Assembly (NCBI GenBank): GCA_021650915.1
Contig: CP091279.1
Span: 780,001-812,000, forward strand
Direction: 5' to 3'
Source: Candidatus Brocadia sp.
GTDB lineage: Bacteria; Planctomycetota; Brocadiia; Brocadiales; Brocadiaceae
DNA length: 32,000 bases
Below the pieces are notes generated by a model. That model searched no databases. It saw only the letters and a list, made by a program, of their open reading frames with translations, and was not told where the DNA came from. The position numbers and the translations under genes were made by a program. Of the stretch, positions 1 to 7,704 are shown in pieces; position 1 is the first letter of the stretch, and each line of letters begins with the position of its first letter.

Positions 1-15
1 AAGCTAAATTGATAC

Positions 16-146
16 TAACAATCTAGTTTTTTGAAAAATCCCGAAGGGATGACATGGTATCATTCATTTTGCCATATTTCACCCCTATGGGGTTAAATAT
101 GGTGGTGTGCCCTATTCTATAATCATGTCATCCCTTCGGGATTTTC
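16..146. repeat. MITE-related palindromic element, diverged or partial
   Basis: Left end TAACAATCTAGTTTTTTGAAAAAT (16-39) matches 22/24 nt of the left end of the MITE at 18014-18037. Internal inverted repeat GAAAAATCCCGAAGGGATGACATG (33-56) / CATGTCATCCCTTCGGGATTTTC (124-146). No matching right TIR found. Confidence 0.45.
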
Positions 147-235
147 CGGTCTGTCCATTTTCCCTGTTGGCTCTTAACTATTCAGAGAAAATATTCTCTG
201 TCAATTTTTGCTGAATAGTTACCTTTTGCTTAAAC

Positions 236-282
236 AAAAAAAGCCTTACTACCGATTTATGGAACTTTTTCGGCAGTAAGGC
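236..282 (-). terminator. Rho-independent terminator (minus strand), probably for purM
   Basis: Arms GCCTTACTACCG (243-254) and CGGCAGTAAGGC (271-282) pair at 11/12 positions. On the minus strand the hairpin is followed directly by a U7 run (A-run 236-242 on plus). Lies about 230 nt downstream of the purM stop. Confidence 0.6.
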
Positions 283-510
283 TATCTTGAGAAAATTGCT
301 TAGTGCATCTAAAGGACTTTAACTTTCGTTACCTGATAGAGTATGGTTTATCTATCAAGACCAGAATTATAATCCTTGCATACTTCCCTGTATAATTTCA
401 AGACCCTTTCCTTTGCGCCCCCCGATCACTCAGGGTTTGCCTTTTTCGAACTATCGACTTAATCGATAGTTATTTGATTATATCACGAAAACAAAAAAAG
501 TCAATTGCTT

Positions 511-1584
511 TTACACAATCCGAACAATCCTATTATCTCCCCGCGTAACTTCACCAATAACTATTCCCGGTTCTTTTGCGTATTTCAAAGTGTTTAAGAC
601 TTTTTTTACCTCAGATTCTGGTACGATCAGCACCATACCAATACCCATATTGAATACATGAAACATTTCCTGGTCGGTAATTTCACCAACGTCCTGAATT
701 ATCTTAAATATCTTTGGGACATCCCATTCCTTTCTTTCCAGGGTAACAGAGCAACCTTCAGGCAAGATACGCGGTATATTATCCCGTAGTCCGCCGCCGG
801 TGATATGCGCTATTCCTTTTATAACATTTTTTGGTTTGTGTTTGTTCAATGTCTTCAGGATCGTTTTTACATAGATATTCGTCGGTCGTATCAGTTCTTC
901 GCCGAGGGTAGTATTCAGCCCGTATTTCGTGAGCCTCTGGTTTGTTTTCATCTTTGCCTTATCAAAGAAGACCTTTCGCACCAGGGAAAATCCATTGCTA
1001 TGGATTCCACTCGATCTTAAGCCAATCACCCGATCCCCAGGCCGTATCGTTTTGCCTGTGATCACGTTTTCTTTTTCAACAACGCCAATCACAAAACCCG
1101 CGATATCATATTCTCCCTTCTGATAAAACCCCGGCATCTCCGGCGTTTCACCACCAATGAGGGCGCAACCTGCCTGACGACATCCCTCCACAATGCCATC
1201 CAATACTTCATGAAGCACCGTCGGCACAATTTTACTGCTTGCCAAATAGTCCAGGAAAAACAAGGGTTCTGCGCCCAATACCACGATGTCATTGACGCAC
1301 ATGGCCACGAGATCAATTCCAATGGTGTTGTGTTTGTTCATCATAAAGGCAATTTTCAGTTTGGTGCCCACACCATCGGTAGAGGAAACAAGCACGGGCT
1401 GACGATATTTTTTCAGACGGGAGTTTAAAGCGAATAATCCTCCAAAACCATCAGGATTTTCAATCACCCTCTGACTAAAGGTTGTCTGCATTTTTGAATA
1501 AATATCTGTCGTAAATTGACCTTTTGTGCCAATATCAACACCCGCATCACGGTAAGAAAGCCCTTTTTTTGTTTTTTTTGTCAT
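511..1584 (-). CDS. purM: Phosphoribosylformylglycinamidine cyclo-ligase (AIR synthetase)
   Basis: 357-aa ORF with PurM hallmarks: YRDAGVDI near the N-terminus, STDGVGTKLK, GGETPEMPG and HITGGG. Confidence 0.93.
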   Translation of the reverse strand: MTKKTKKGLSYRDAGVDIGTKGQFTTDIYSKMQTTFSQRVIENPDGFGGLFALNSRLKKYRQPVLVSSTDGVGTKLKIAFMMNKHNTIGIDLVAMCVNDIVVLGAEPLFFLDYLASSKIVPTVLHEVLDGIVEGCRQAGCALIGGETPEMPGFYQKGEYDIAGFVIGVVEKENVITGKTIRPGDRVIGLRSSGIHSNGFSLVRKVFFDKAKMKTNQRLTKYGLNTTLGEELIRPTNIYVKTILKTLNKHKPKNVIKGIAHITGGGLRDNIPRILPEGCSVTLERKEWDVPKIFKIIQDVGEITDQEMFHVFNMGIGMVLIVPESEVKKVLNTLKYAKEPGIVIGEVTRGDNRIVRIV

Positions 1585-1601
1585 AGGTTGTCCATGATAA
1601 A

Positions 1602-1630
1602 GTAAGGGCGAACGGCCGTTCGCCCCCTAC
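1602..1630. repeat. GC-rich palindrome (REP-like)
   Basis: GTAAGGGCGAACGGCCGTTCGCCCCCTAC contains the perfect 20-bp palindrome GGGCGAACGGCCGTTCGCCC (1606-1625). Its outer bases (GTAAGGGCGAA...TTCGCCCCTAC) match the inner inverted repeat of the MITE at 18066-18139. Confidence 0.7.
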
Positions 1631-1663
1631 AATGATAAATTAGGCCTCGGCGACCTTCTCAAT

Positions 1664-1690
1664 GTAGAGCGACGAGCCTCGTCGCTCTAC
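1664..1690. repeat. GC-rich palindrome (REP-like)
   Basis: GTAGAGCGACGAG-C-CTCGTCGCTCTAC has perfect 13-bp arms. It sits between the GT2 stop and the purM start. Confidence 0.7.
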
Positions 1691-1763
1691 AACCACAATT
1701 TTGAAATTCCTGTGCATTAAATTAACGTTTTGCTACTGTGACCTCCGTGCCGCGGTGGTTTAT

Positions 1764-2777
1764 CTATTCCTTCCATGACGGTCGTATTGAACTCAACCTG
1801 CCTCGGTAATAACCCAGCCACATACCATACACATAGGCGAACTCACGTACGAGAGGTAAGACTGCAAGTACCGCCAATGTTTTTAACGATATCCCCGTGC
1901 TGTCTCCCATTCTTGCCATAACGATTATACCTAAGGGAACGTATACAACCGTTAAGATACTTAATAAAAGCAAAAAGATCGAACCCGGTACGAAATACAC
2001 CCGCATTCCATACGGGATTGTTGCCAGAGACGCAAAAAGGCATGCAAAAAGCACGATAAAAAGTACGGGGCGTATCCATAATCTCAGATTCAATGGTAGT
2101 TGTCCATGAAATTTCAGACCCATTGCATATCCCCAGTAAAATTTTCTCCTCCAAATACCCGACCAAGTGTCAGGATACTGGGTGCTCACAACATTGCTGG
2201 GATCATAAACAATCCTGGCGCGCTCACTCAATTTCCAGCCCAACTCAGAATCCTCACACCACCATGCATTTTCGTTAAACCCGCCCAAATCCACGAGTGC
2301 GTCTCTACGAATTGCTGAATTTACACCAGACAGCTTATTGGGAACCAATGACTTCTTACCTATCCCATTCAATAGATAATCCAGAACACTTGATGCATTT
2401 GCCAGGGTTTTATCCCTGTTACCGGCTCGATAAGCCCCCCCTACTGCAACAACGCCTTGTTCTTCAAAATGCGGTTTAAACCTTTGCAACCAATCAGCGG
2501 GTACAACGGTATCAGCATCCGTTGTGATAATAACATCACCCGTAGCCTTTTGCAATCCGAAGTTCAGGGCAGCAGCTCTTCCACCGTTCTTTTCACACCT
2601 GACCAGGACTACCCCGTTATGAAGGAATCTCTCAACGATCTGAGTTGTGCGGTCGGTTGAGGCATCATCAATAACAAAGATCTCCTTATTGTCGTACGTA
2701 AGCGAAGTGAGGGAATTGAGACAGGATGAAATGGCTTGTTCCTCATTGTATGCAGGAATAAGAATGGAAAATTTCAT
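1764..2777 (-). CDS. Family 2 glycosyltransferase with C-terminal transmembrane segments
   Basis: N-terminal ILIPAYNEE, DDASTD and TDADT (DxD) GT-A signatures. The C-terminal ~100 aa is strongly hydrophobic (LFIVLFACLFASL, IFLLLLSILTVVYVPLGIIV). Confidence 0.85.
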   Translation of the reverse strand: MKFSILIPAYNEEQAISSCLNSLTSLTYDNKEIFVIDDASTDRTTQIVERFLHNGVVLVRCEKNGGRAAALNFGLQKATGDVIITTDADTVVPADWLQRFKPHFEEQGVVAVGGAYRAGNRDKTLANASSVLDYLLNGIGKKSLVPNKLSGVNSAIRRDALVDLGGFNENAWWCEDSELGWKLSERARIVYDPSNVVSTQYPDTWSGIWRRKFYWGYAMGLKFHGQLPLNLRLWIRPVLFIVLFACLFASLATIPYGMRVYFVPGSIFLLLLSILTVVYVPLGIIVMARMGDSTGISLKTLAVLAVLPLVREFAYVYGMWLGYYRGRLSSIRPSWKE

Positions 2778-2833
2778 GTAAACACCTTTACTCCACTGAT
2801 TCCGGAAAGCAGAGAGAAGAAGAATTTCTGCTT

Positions 2834-4255
2834 CTAAAATAGTTTCCTGAACATGGCCTTTAAGGAATCCAGAGAACCCAATCTTCGAATGTTTTTCAGG
2901 ATGAATCGTGGGGTCAAAAAGAATTCATAATTCGCACAACGTACAGCATTTTCAAGTGCGGTCTTGCTAAGGTGAGGATAGGCAATGATTGCCTCCTTTG
3001 CCACATTGACCGGTTTATAATCTCCGTATACGAATAAGTTATTTTCTCTGGCAATGTTATAAAATTCCGTCCCCGGGAAAGGGTTGGCAATGTTATACAT
3101 GACCTGATCTACCTTCAACCGTTTGACCTCTTTCATATTCTTCTTCATCGTATCCATAGTTTCCAACGGTGATGCACCAAACATAATATTGATCTTCGCC
3201 GATATGCCGTATTTTTTCACCAGATTGATGGCCTCTTCATTTTTTCTCACATCAATATCCTTTTTTATGAAATCTAATATCTCCTGGTTAAAAGATTCAA
3301 CGCCAAGATCAATAAACTTACAATGGGCTGCAGCCATGGCCTTTACAATAGGTTCGTTCAGGTGATCTGATCGTGCAGAACACCCCCATACCAGGCCAAG
3401 ATCTCTGATACCTTCGCAAATCTTCACCGTACGTTCCTCACCCCATACAAACTGATCATCCTGCACATTGACGGCTCTATAACCCTGGGATTTTAGTAAT
3501 TGAAATTCCTCAATAATGTTTTCAGGAGATCTTTTTCTTACTGGTGGTTTTTTGCCCAGATAATGTTTATATTCAAGTTCCCGTGAAAAGCTTAAAGAAG
3601 AGGGGACACAATAGATACACCGGTATGAGCAACCCCGTGATGTATAAACTGCCGTAAAAGGGCGTTTTCCCAGTTTGGGATTGTGGTAGGCATCCCGTTC
3701 TTCCAGGAGGTGTCTGGCTGGGAAAGGAAGCAGATCCAGGTCTTCTATCGGCTCCCGGTTGCTAGTATGAATGATTTTACCCCTGTCTCTGAAAGACAGA
3801 CTTTTTATGCCGCTCATCGTTGATTTTGTCTCTAATGCCTGTACAAGTTCCAGCATCGTGTATTCGGGTTCACCCCTGACGACATAGCTATTGTCATCGA
3901 CAACAAATTCCGCAGGCCTGTCAGATGGTGCAGGTCCGAAAAAGACAATCGGCGCCTCTCCTCGAACCTCACGAATGTCTCCGTGCGCACGGGAATCGGT
4001 ATTTTGAGAGAGGTTGACAGAATAAAAACAATAGACATCACTTCGGTCCTCATTTAAAAATGTCAAAAAATGTTCCCGATCCCATTTTTTTATCGTCGTT
4101 TCTACATAGCGAACTTCGTAACCCGATTTTTCCAGGATTGCCGCGGCGCTCAGGAGAAAGATATTCGGGACATAATAGAGCAGGTATGCACAACCTGCAA
4201 CCCGTTCCGGAATCTTTCCATCAGTGGGAGGTGGCACAAGAAAAGTAATTTTCAT
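2834..4255 (-). CDS. B12-binding-domain radical SAM protein (class B)
   Basis: 473-aa ORF. CxxxCxxC cluster motif in YTSRGCSYRCIYC. The ~170-aa N-terminal region resembles a cobalamin-binding Rossmann-like domain (MKITFLVPPP...FFGP). Confidence 0.85.
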   Translation of the reverse strand: MKITFLVPPPTDGKIPERVAGCAYLLYYVPNIFLLSAAAILEKSGYEVRYVETTIKKWDREHFLTFLNEDRSDVYCFYSVNLSQNTDSRAHGDIREVRGEAPIVFFGPAPSDRPAEFVVDDNSYVVRGEPEYTMLELVQALETKSTMSGIKSLSFRDRGKIIHTSNREPIEDLDLLPFPARHLLEERDAYHNPKLGKRPFTAVYTSRGCSYRCIYCVPSSLSFSRELEYKHYLGKKPPVRKRSPENIIEEFQLLKSQGYRAVNVQDDQFVWGEERTVKICEGIRDLGLVWGCSARSDHLNEPIVKAMAAAHCKFIDLGVESFNQEILDFIKKDIDVRKNEEAINLVKKYGISAKINIMFGASPLETMDTMKKNMKEVKRLKVDQVMYNIANPFPGTEFYNIARENNLFVYGDYKPVNVAKEAIIAYPHLSKTALENAVRCANYEFFLTPRFILKNIRRLGSLDSLKAMFRKLF

Positions 4256-4260
4256 CCGAG

Positions 4261-4419
4261 CTATGTGTAGATTTCTGAGGAGGTCGCTCCGGTAATAGAT
4301 ATGACACTATCACTTTTATTTGATTCATAACCAGGCTGAATTACGAGCCCAGGATCACGAAAAGCATCAGCATTTGAGCCGAAAGAACCAAGGCCAAACG
4401 CCTTCAACATTAGGGACAT
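4261..4419 (-). CDS. Candidate small ORF (52 aa) 5 nt upstream of the radical SAM gene; hypothetical
   Basis: Hand-translated (below the ORF-track cutoff): MSLMLKAFGLGSFGSNADAFRDPGLVIQPGYESNKSDSVISITGATSSEIYT. Its stop TAG (4261-4263) lies 5 nt before the rSAM ATG (4255). No clear SD and no recognisable family. Confidence 0.2.
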   Translation of the reverse strand: MSLMLKAFGLGSFGSNADAFRDPGLVIQPGYESNKSDSVISITGATSSEIYT

Positions 4420-4583
4420 CAGATACTATACAGGGGAGGACACACAATGATGATATCATTCCTGCCGACAGAAAACCATCAAATTCCCCTTTCTCACCTT
4501 GCTCATGATCATGGTGAGTTTTTCCCGATAGCCGGGATAGCGTATGATTTTGGCTATTATTGCTATACTGAAGATACATCACT

Positions 4584-5081
4584 TTATTCATGAATACGTT
4601 CATAGATTGATAACGTGTAAGGAATTACATCTTCATAATTTTCCGACCTTATCCTTCGGAACAATGCAAAGGGAATATCGGGAAAAAATACATCACCAGC
4701 AATCTCCCGATGGAGGACTGACAAATAAATCCGATCAGCTATCGCAATCGCCTCCTTGTAGAGTTGTTCACCACCACAGACAAACATCTCATTTTCATCT
4801 TCAGGACAAATGGTAATTGCAGATGCTAAATCTCTTGCAATAATGCATCCGGGTGCGCCGTAGCCTGCTTTACCGGTAAGAATGATATTGATTCTCCCGG
4901 GAAGTGCGTAGCCAATTGATTCATAGGTTTTCCTACCCATAACCAGGGTATGTCCCATGGTGATGCTTCTGAATCGGCGTAATTCAGCGGGGAGGTTCCA
5001 AGGGATACGTCCGCGATTCCCAATAACACGGTTTGATGCCATCGCTGCTATGAGTGATATCCTGAGACCTGGTCTTTTCAT
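4584..5081 (-). CDS. folA: Dihydrofolate reductase
   Basis: ISLIAAMASNRVIGNRGRIPWNLPAELRRFRSITMGHTLVMGRKTYESIG is a classic DHFR N-terminus. Start placed at the internal ATG 5081 (166 aa); the ORF-track start 5183 adds a non-homologous 34-aa extension. Confidence 0.9.
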   Translation of the reverse strand: MKRPGLRISLIAAMASNRVIGNRGRIPWNLPAELRRFRSITMGHTLVMGRKTYESIGYALPGRINIILTGKAGYGAPGCIIARDLASAITICPEDENEMFVCGGEQLYKEAIAIADRIYLSVLHREIAGDVFFPDIPFALFRRIRSENYEDVIPYTLSIYERIHE

Positions 5082-5255
5082 GTTGATTTCCCTACTATGG
5101 CTAAGTCTCAACTCCATTGCCCGCTTTTCAAACTCATACGTTAATTCTCTCATGACTATAAAAGAAATGATCTCCTTTCTCAATAAAAATAAGTAGAGTC
5201 ATAAATATGATTAGATGAAATATTCTTACCCGATACTACATGGAAGGCCTTCCGA

Positions 5256-5282
5256 TAAATTATTTCTTTGCTGTTCCGATAA
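5256..5282 (+). promoter_or_regulatory. Sigma-28 (FliA)-type promoter candidate for the che cluster
   Basis: TAAA (5256-5259), N15, TCCGATAA (5275-5282), versus the consensus TAAA-N15-GCCGATAA. It lies about 55 nt upstream of the first gene. TTCCGATAA occurs twice (5250-5258 and 5274-5282). Confidence 0.45.
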
Positions 5283-5335
5283 TGCAGGGTAACAAATTCA
5301 ACAAAAAGGCACTGGATGCAATAAGGTGAACATTT

Positions 5336-5524
5336 ATGGAAAGTCCAAATATCATGACGATAAAGCAAGTCGCGGAATATCTCAAGGTAAGCCCACGCAC
5401 GATTTATAAGTTAGTAAAAACGGGCGGAATTCCTACCTTTAAAATAATGAACATGTGGCGCTTTGAGCAATCCAAAATTGACCAGTGGATACAAGATAAA
5501 AGTGAAAGTAATAATTTTAAGTGA
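5336..5524 (+). CDS. Small excisionase/MerR-type helix-turn-helix DNA-binding protein
   Basis: MTIKQVAEYLKVSPRTIYKLVKTGGIPTFKI..WRF....IDQWI matches the HTH_17/excisionase-family pattern. 62 aa, with a possible alternative start at 5354. Confidence 0.75.
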   Translation: MESPNIMTIKQVAEYLKVSPRTIYKLVKTGGIPTFKIMNMWRFEQSKIDQWIQDKSESNNFK

Positions 5525-5540
5525 ACTGGAGGTAAAGAAC

Positions 5541-5918
5541 ATGCCAAAAGTATTAATCATCGATGATTCAGCGGTTATGCGTAAGATTATTCAAAGGAAT
5601 ATTCAACAATCAGGCCTTTTGGTGGACGAGTTTGTTGAAGCCGGAGACGGAAGGGAAGGTCTTGAAAAGGCAGCTTCTAATAGTATTGATTTAATCCTCT
5701 GCGACTGGAACATGCCCAACATGACAGGGATAGATTTTGTTAAGGCACTTAGGGGTTCTGCACAAAAAAATAATATTCCTATCGTAATGGTGACTACAGA
5801 AGGCGGCGAGACAAAGATTGAAGAGGCCAAAAGGAGTGGCGCAAACGGTTACCTGACAAAACCGTTCACACCGGAGCAGTTAAAGTCAAAATTAGGAAAT
5901 TTTTTACTCGTAAAATAA
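5541..5918 (+). CDS. cheY: Chemotaxis response regulator CheY
   Basis: Single REC domain with DD (IIDDS), phospho-Asp context LILCDWNMP, T (VMVTTE) and K (LTKPF). Start ATG 5541 is preceded by GGAGG (5528-5532). Confidence 0.9.
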   Translation: MPKVLIIDDSAVMRKIIQRNIQQSGLLVDEFVEAGDGREGLEKAASNSIDLILCDWNMPNMTGIDFVKALRGSAQKNNIPIVMVTTEGGETKIEEAKRSGANGYLTKPFTPEQLKSKLGNFLLVK

Positions 5919-5988
5919 TGGTCGCATCATTTTCGTGCGTCCTTTAAAAATTCTTCTACTTCACCAGAGAAAAAGGAGAGAACGGATT

Positions 5989-6516
5989 ATGACACCAGAA
6001 AGTATGATGGGAACCGTCTGTCTGGATATTGCCGAATCTACAAAGACATTGTTTGAAACGATGATTATGATGGATTTGAAGCATGGCGAGGCATCGTTGG
6101 TAGATGACACACAAATAAAAACAGACGTTATCGGTATGGTGAGTTTTACCGGTAAATGTCATGGCGTAATTGCCCTTTTTTGTTCACAAACGTTTGCATT
6201 AAAGGCTGCATCAGCCCTACTGATGACAGAACTAAACGAATTTACGAGTGAAGTAAAAGATGCGATAGGTGAGATATCAAACATGATCGCAGGAAATGTG
6301 AAAACAAAACTTACTGCGCAATACGGCGATATGCATCTCTCCATTCCCATCGTAATTACCGGGGAGGGTCTATCGATTACCGCCGTAAATAATCATCCAA
6401 TTGTAGCAGAAACCACACTCTCCTGCTTCAGCAAAGATCCGTGGCTCATGACGCCTTTTATTTCCAATAATGAAAAATTTAACATCGGTTTGTTGTTGAA
6501 AGAATCAAAAAAATAG
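5989..6516 (+). CDS. cheX: CheX-type CheY-P phosphatase (CheC/CheX/FliY superfamily)
   Basis: DAIGEISNMIAGNV carries D-x3-E-x2-N, with a Pro 22 residues after the Asn. Size and single-site layout fit CheX. Start ATG 5989 has an AAGGAG RBS. Confidence 0.75.
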   Translation: MTPESMMGTVCLDIAESTKTLFETMIMMDLKHGEASLVDDTQIKTDVIGMVSFTGKCHGVIALFCSQTFALKAASALLMTELNEFTSEVKDAIGEISNMIAGNVKTKLTAQYGDMHLSIPIVITGEGLSITAVNNHPIVAETTLSCFSKDPWLMTPFISNNEKFNIGLLLKESKK

Positions 6517-6538
6517 CATTCATTCTATAGTAACAAAA

Positions 6539-7546
6539 ATGGAAAACCCTATAATCAAAAAGTCACCATCCTCCAAGCTGGAGGAAACTCTGATAAACAC
6601 CTTTCCCCGGATTTGCACCGATTGTGGTAAATTAACAAACAAACAGTTTTTACTGACAAATCCCGTGCTGCAAAACACAACACTGAGCGAATTCATTAAG
6701 AATGCCAACACAAGCTATATACTGGCAAAATTGACGATTGAAGAGTTTTACGAGGGAGAACTGTATTTAATCTTTACCGTAAAAGAGGCTATTACGATAG
6801 GAAGTCTCTTGTTAACCCTTGAAGATGCCATAATAAGGGAAAATGCAGACAAGGGTATTTTTGAAGGTGATTGTACAGACGCATTCAAGGAATTTGCGAA
6901 TCAGGTCTGCGGTATGTTAGACAACGAACTAAGACCGAAGTTACCCAAGCCCATCCACCTGAAATTAACAAGCACGGTTCTCATGAACAAAGAGAACGCA
7001 AACACGGTACTCAGTGAAGAAATCTTGAATGAAGAACGCCTTATTCTGACGGCGACTATGCAGATTCTTGGCTTTGATGACGGCAAATTCATACTAAGTA
7101 TTTCCAAACTGGTTGGTGAAGAATTTTTTTGTGAGATCATCGCAGAGGATACCAAAAAGTTCAGGGGCACGATACTCGTTGTAGATGATTCAAATACTGA
7201 CCTCCGAATTATACGAAAACTTTTAGGTGATGAATATAAGGTATTGGTCACGGACAATCCAAACAGTGCACTCTCTAGGCTTCAAAAAGACCACATCGAC
7301 CTTGTTTTAATTGATGTTCACATGCCAGGTATTAGCGGGATAACGCTTTGTGAACGATTTAGAAGGAATGCAATGTCTAATGCAATACCAATTATAATAT
7401 GCTCCTCATCTCCAACGCAAGAAAACGTGATACAAGCCATTCGCGCTGGAGCGGAAGACTTTCTGGTTAAACCATTCACCAGACAAAAATTAATTGAAAA
7501 GATTAATAAGCACTTAATAAACAGAAACGTACTCTTAAATTCTTAG
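6539..7546 (+). CDS. Fusion protein: CheC/CheX-like N-terminal domain plus C-terminal REC receiver
   Basis: C-terminal REC is complete (VVDDS, LVLIDVHMP, ICSSS, LVKPF). The N-terminal ~205 aa contains DAFKEFANQVCG (D-x3-E-x2-N), but the downstream Pro spacing is not canonical. Confidence 0.7.
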   Translation: MENPIIKKSPSSKLEETLINTFPRICTDCGKLTNKQFLLTNPVLQNTTLSEFIKNANTSYILAKLTIEEFYEGELYLIFTVKEAITIGSLLLTLEDAIIRENADKGIFEGDCTDAFKEFANQVCGMLDNELRPKLPKPIHLKLTSTVLMNKENANTVLSEEILNEERLILTATMQILGFDDGKFILSISKLVGEEFFCEIIAEDTKKFRGTILVVDDSNTDLRIIRKLLGDEYKVLVTDNPNSALSRLQKDHIDLVLIDVHMPGISGITLCERFRRNAMSNAIPIIICSSSPTQENVIQAIRAGAEDFLVKPFTRQKLIEKINKHLINRNVLLNS

Positions 7547-7704
7547 GAAGGTATCATTTTAACCCGACGAACATACGAAAACCGCAGATTTCACAGATAA
7601 CGGGGATCTATTTTTTATAATCCGTGTTCTCTTTTTTGTTGTGACTATGCCACGTTATGAAATTTGTGACTTCCCTTAAAACATGATTGATGAGGACACC
7701 GAAT

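Noticed and set aside
4367-4603. 78-aa minus-strand ORF in the folA-rSAM spacer
   Set aside because: It overlaps the folA 3' end and has no motif, RBS or plausible composition. It competes with the equally uncertain 52-aa ORF in another frame, and only the latter has a suggestive position.
5463-5540. N-terminal extensions of track ORFs (cheY from 5463, cheX from 5935, cheC from 18431, cheB from 20944, folA to 5183, cbiB to 27919)
   Set aside because: Internal ATGs with SD-like sequences give homologue-like N-termini. The extensions run through upstream genes, repeats or terminator sequence.
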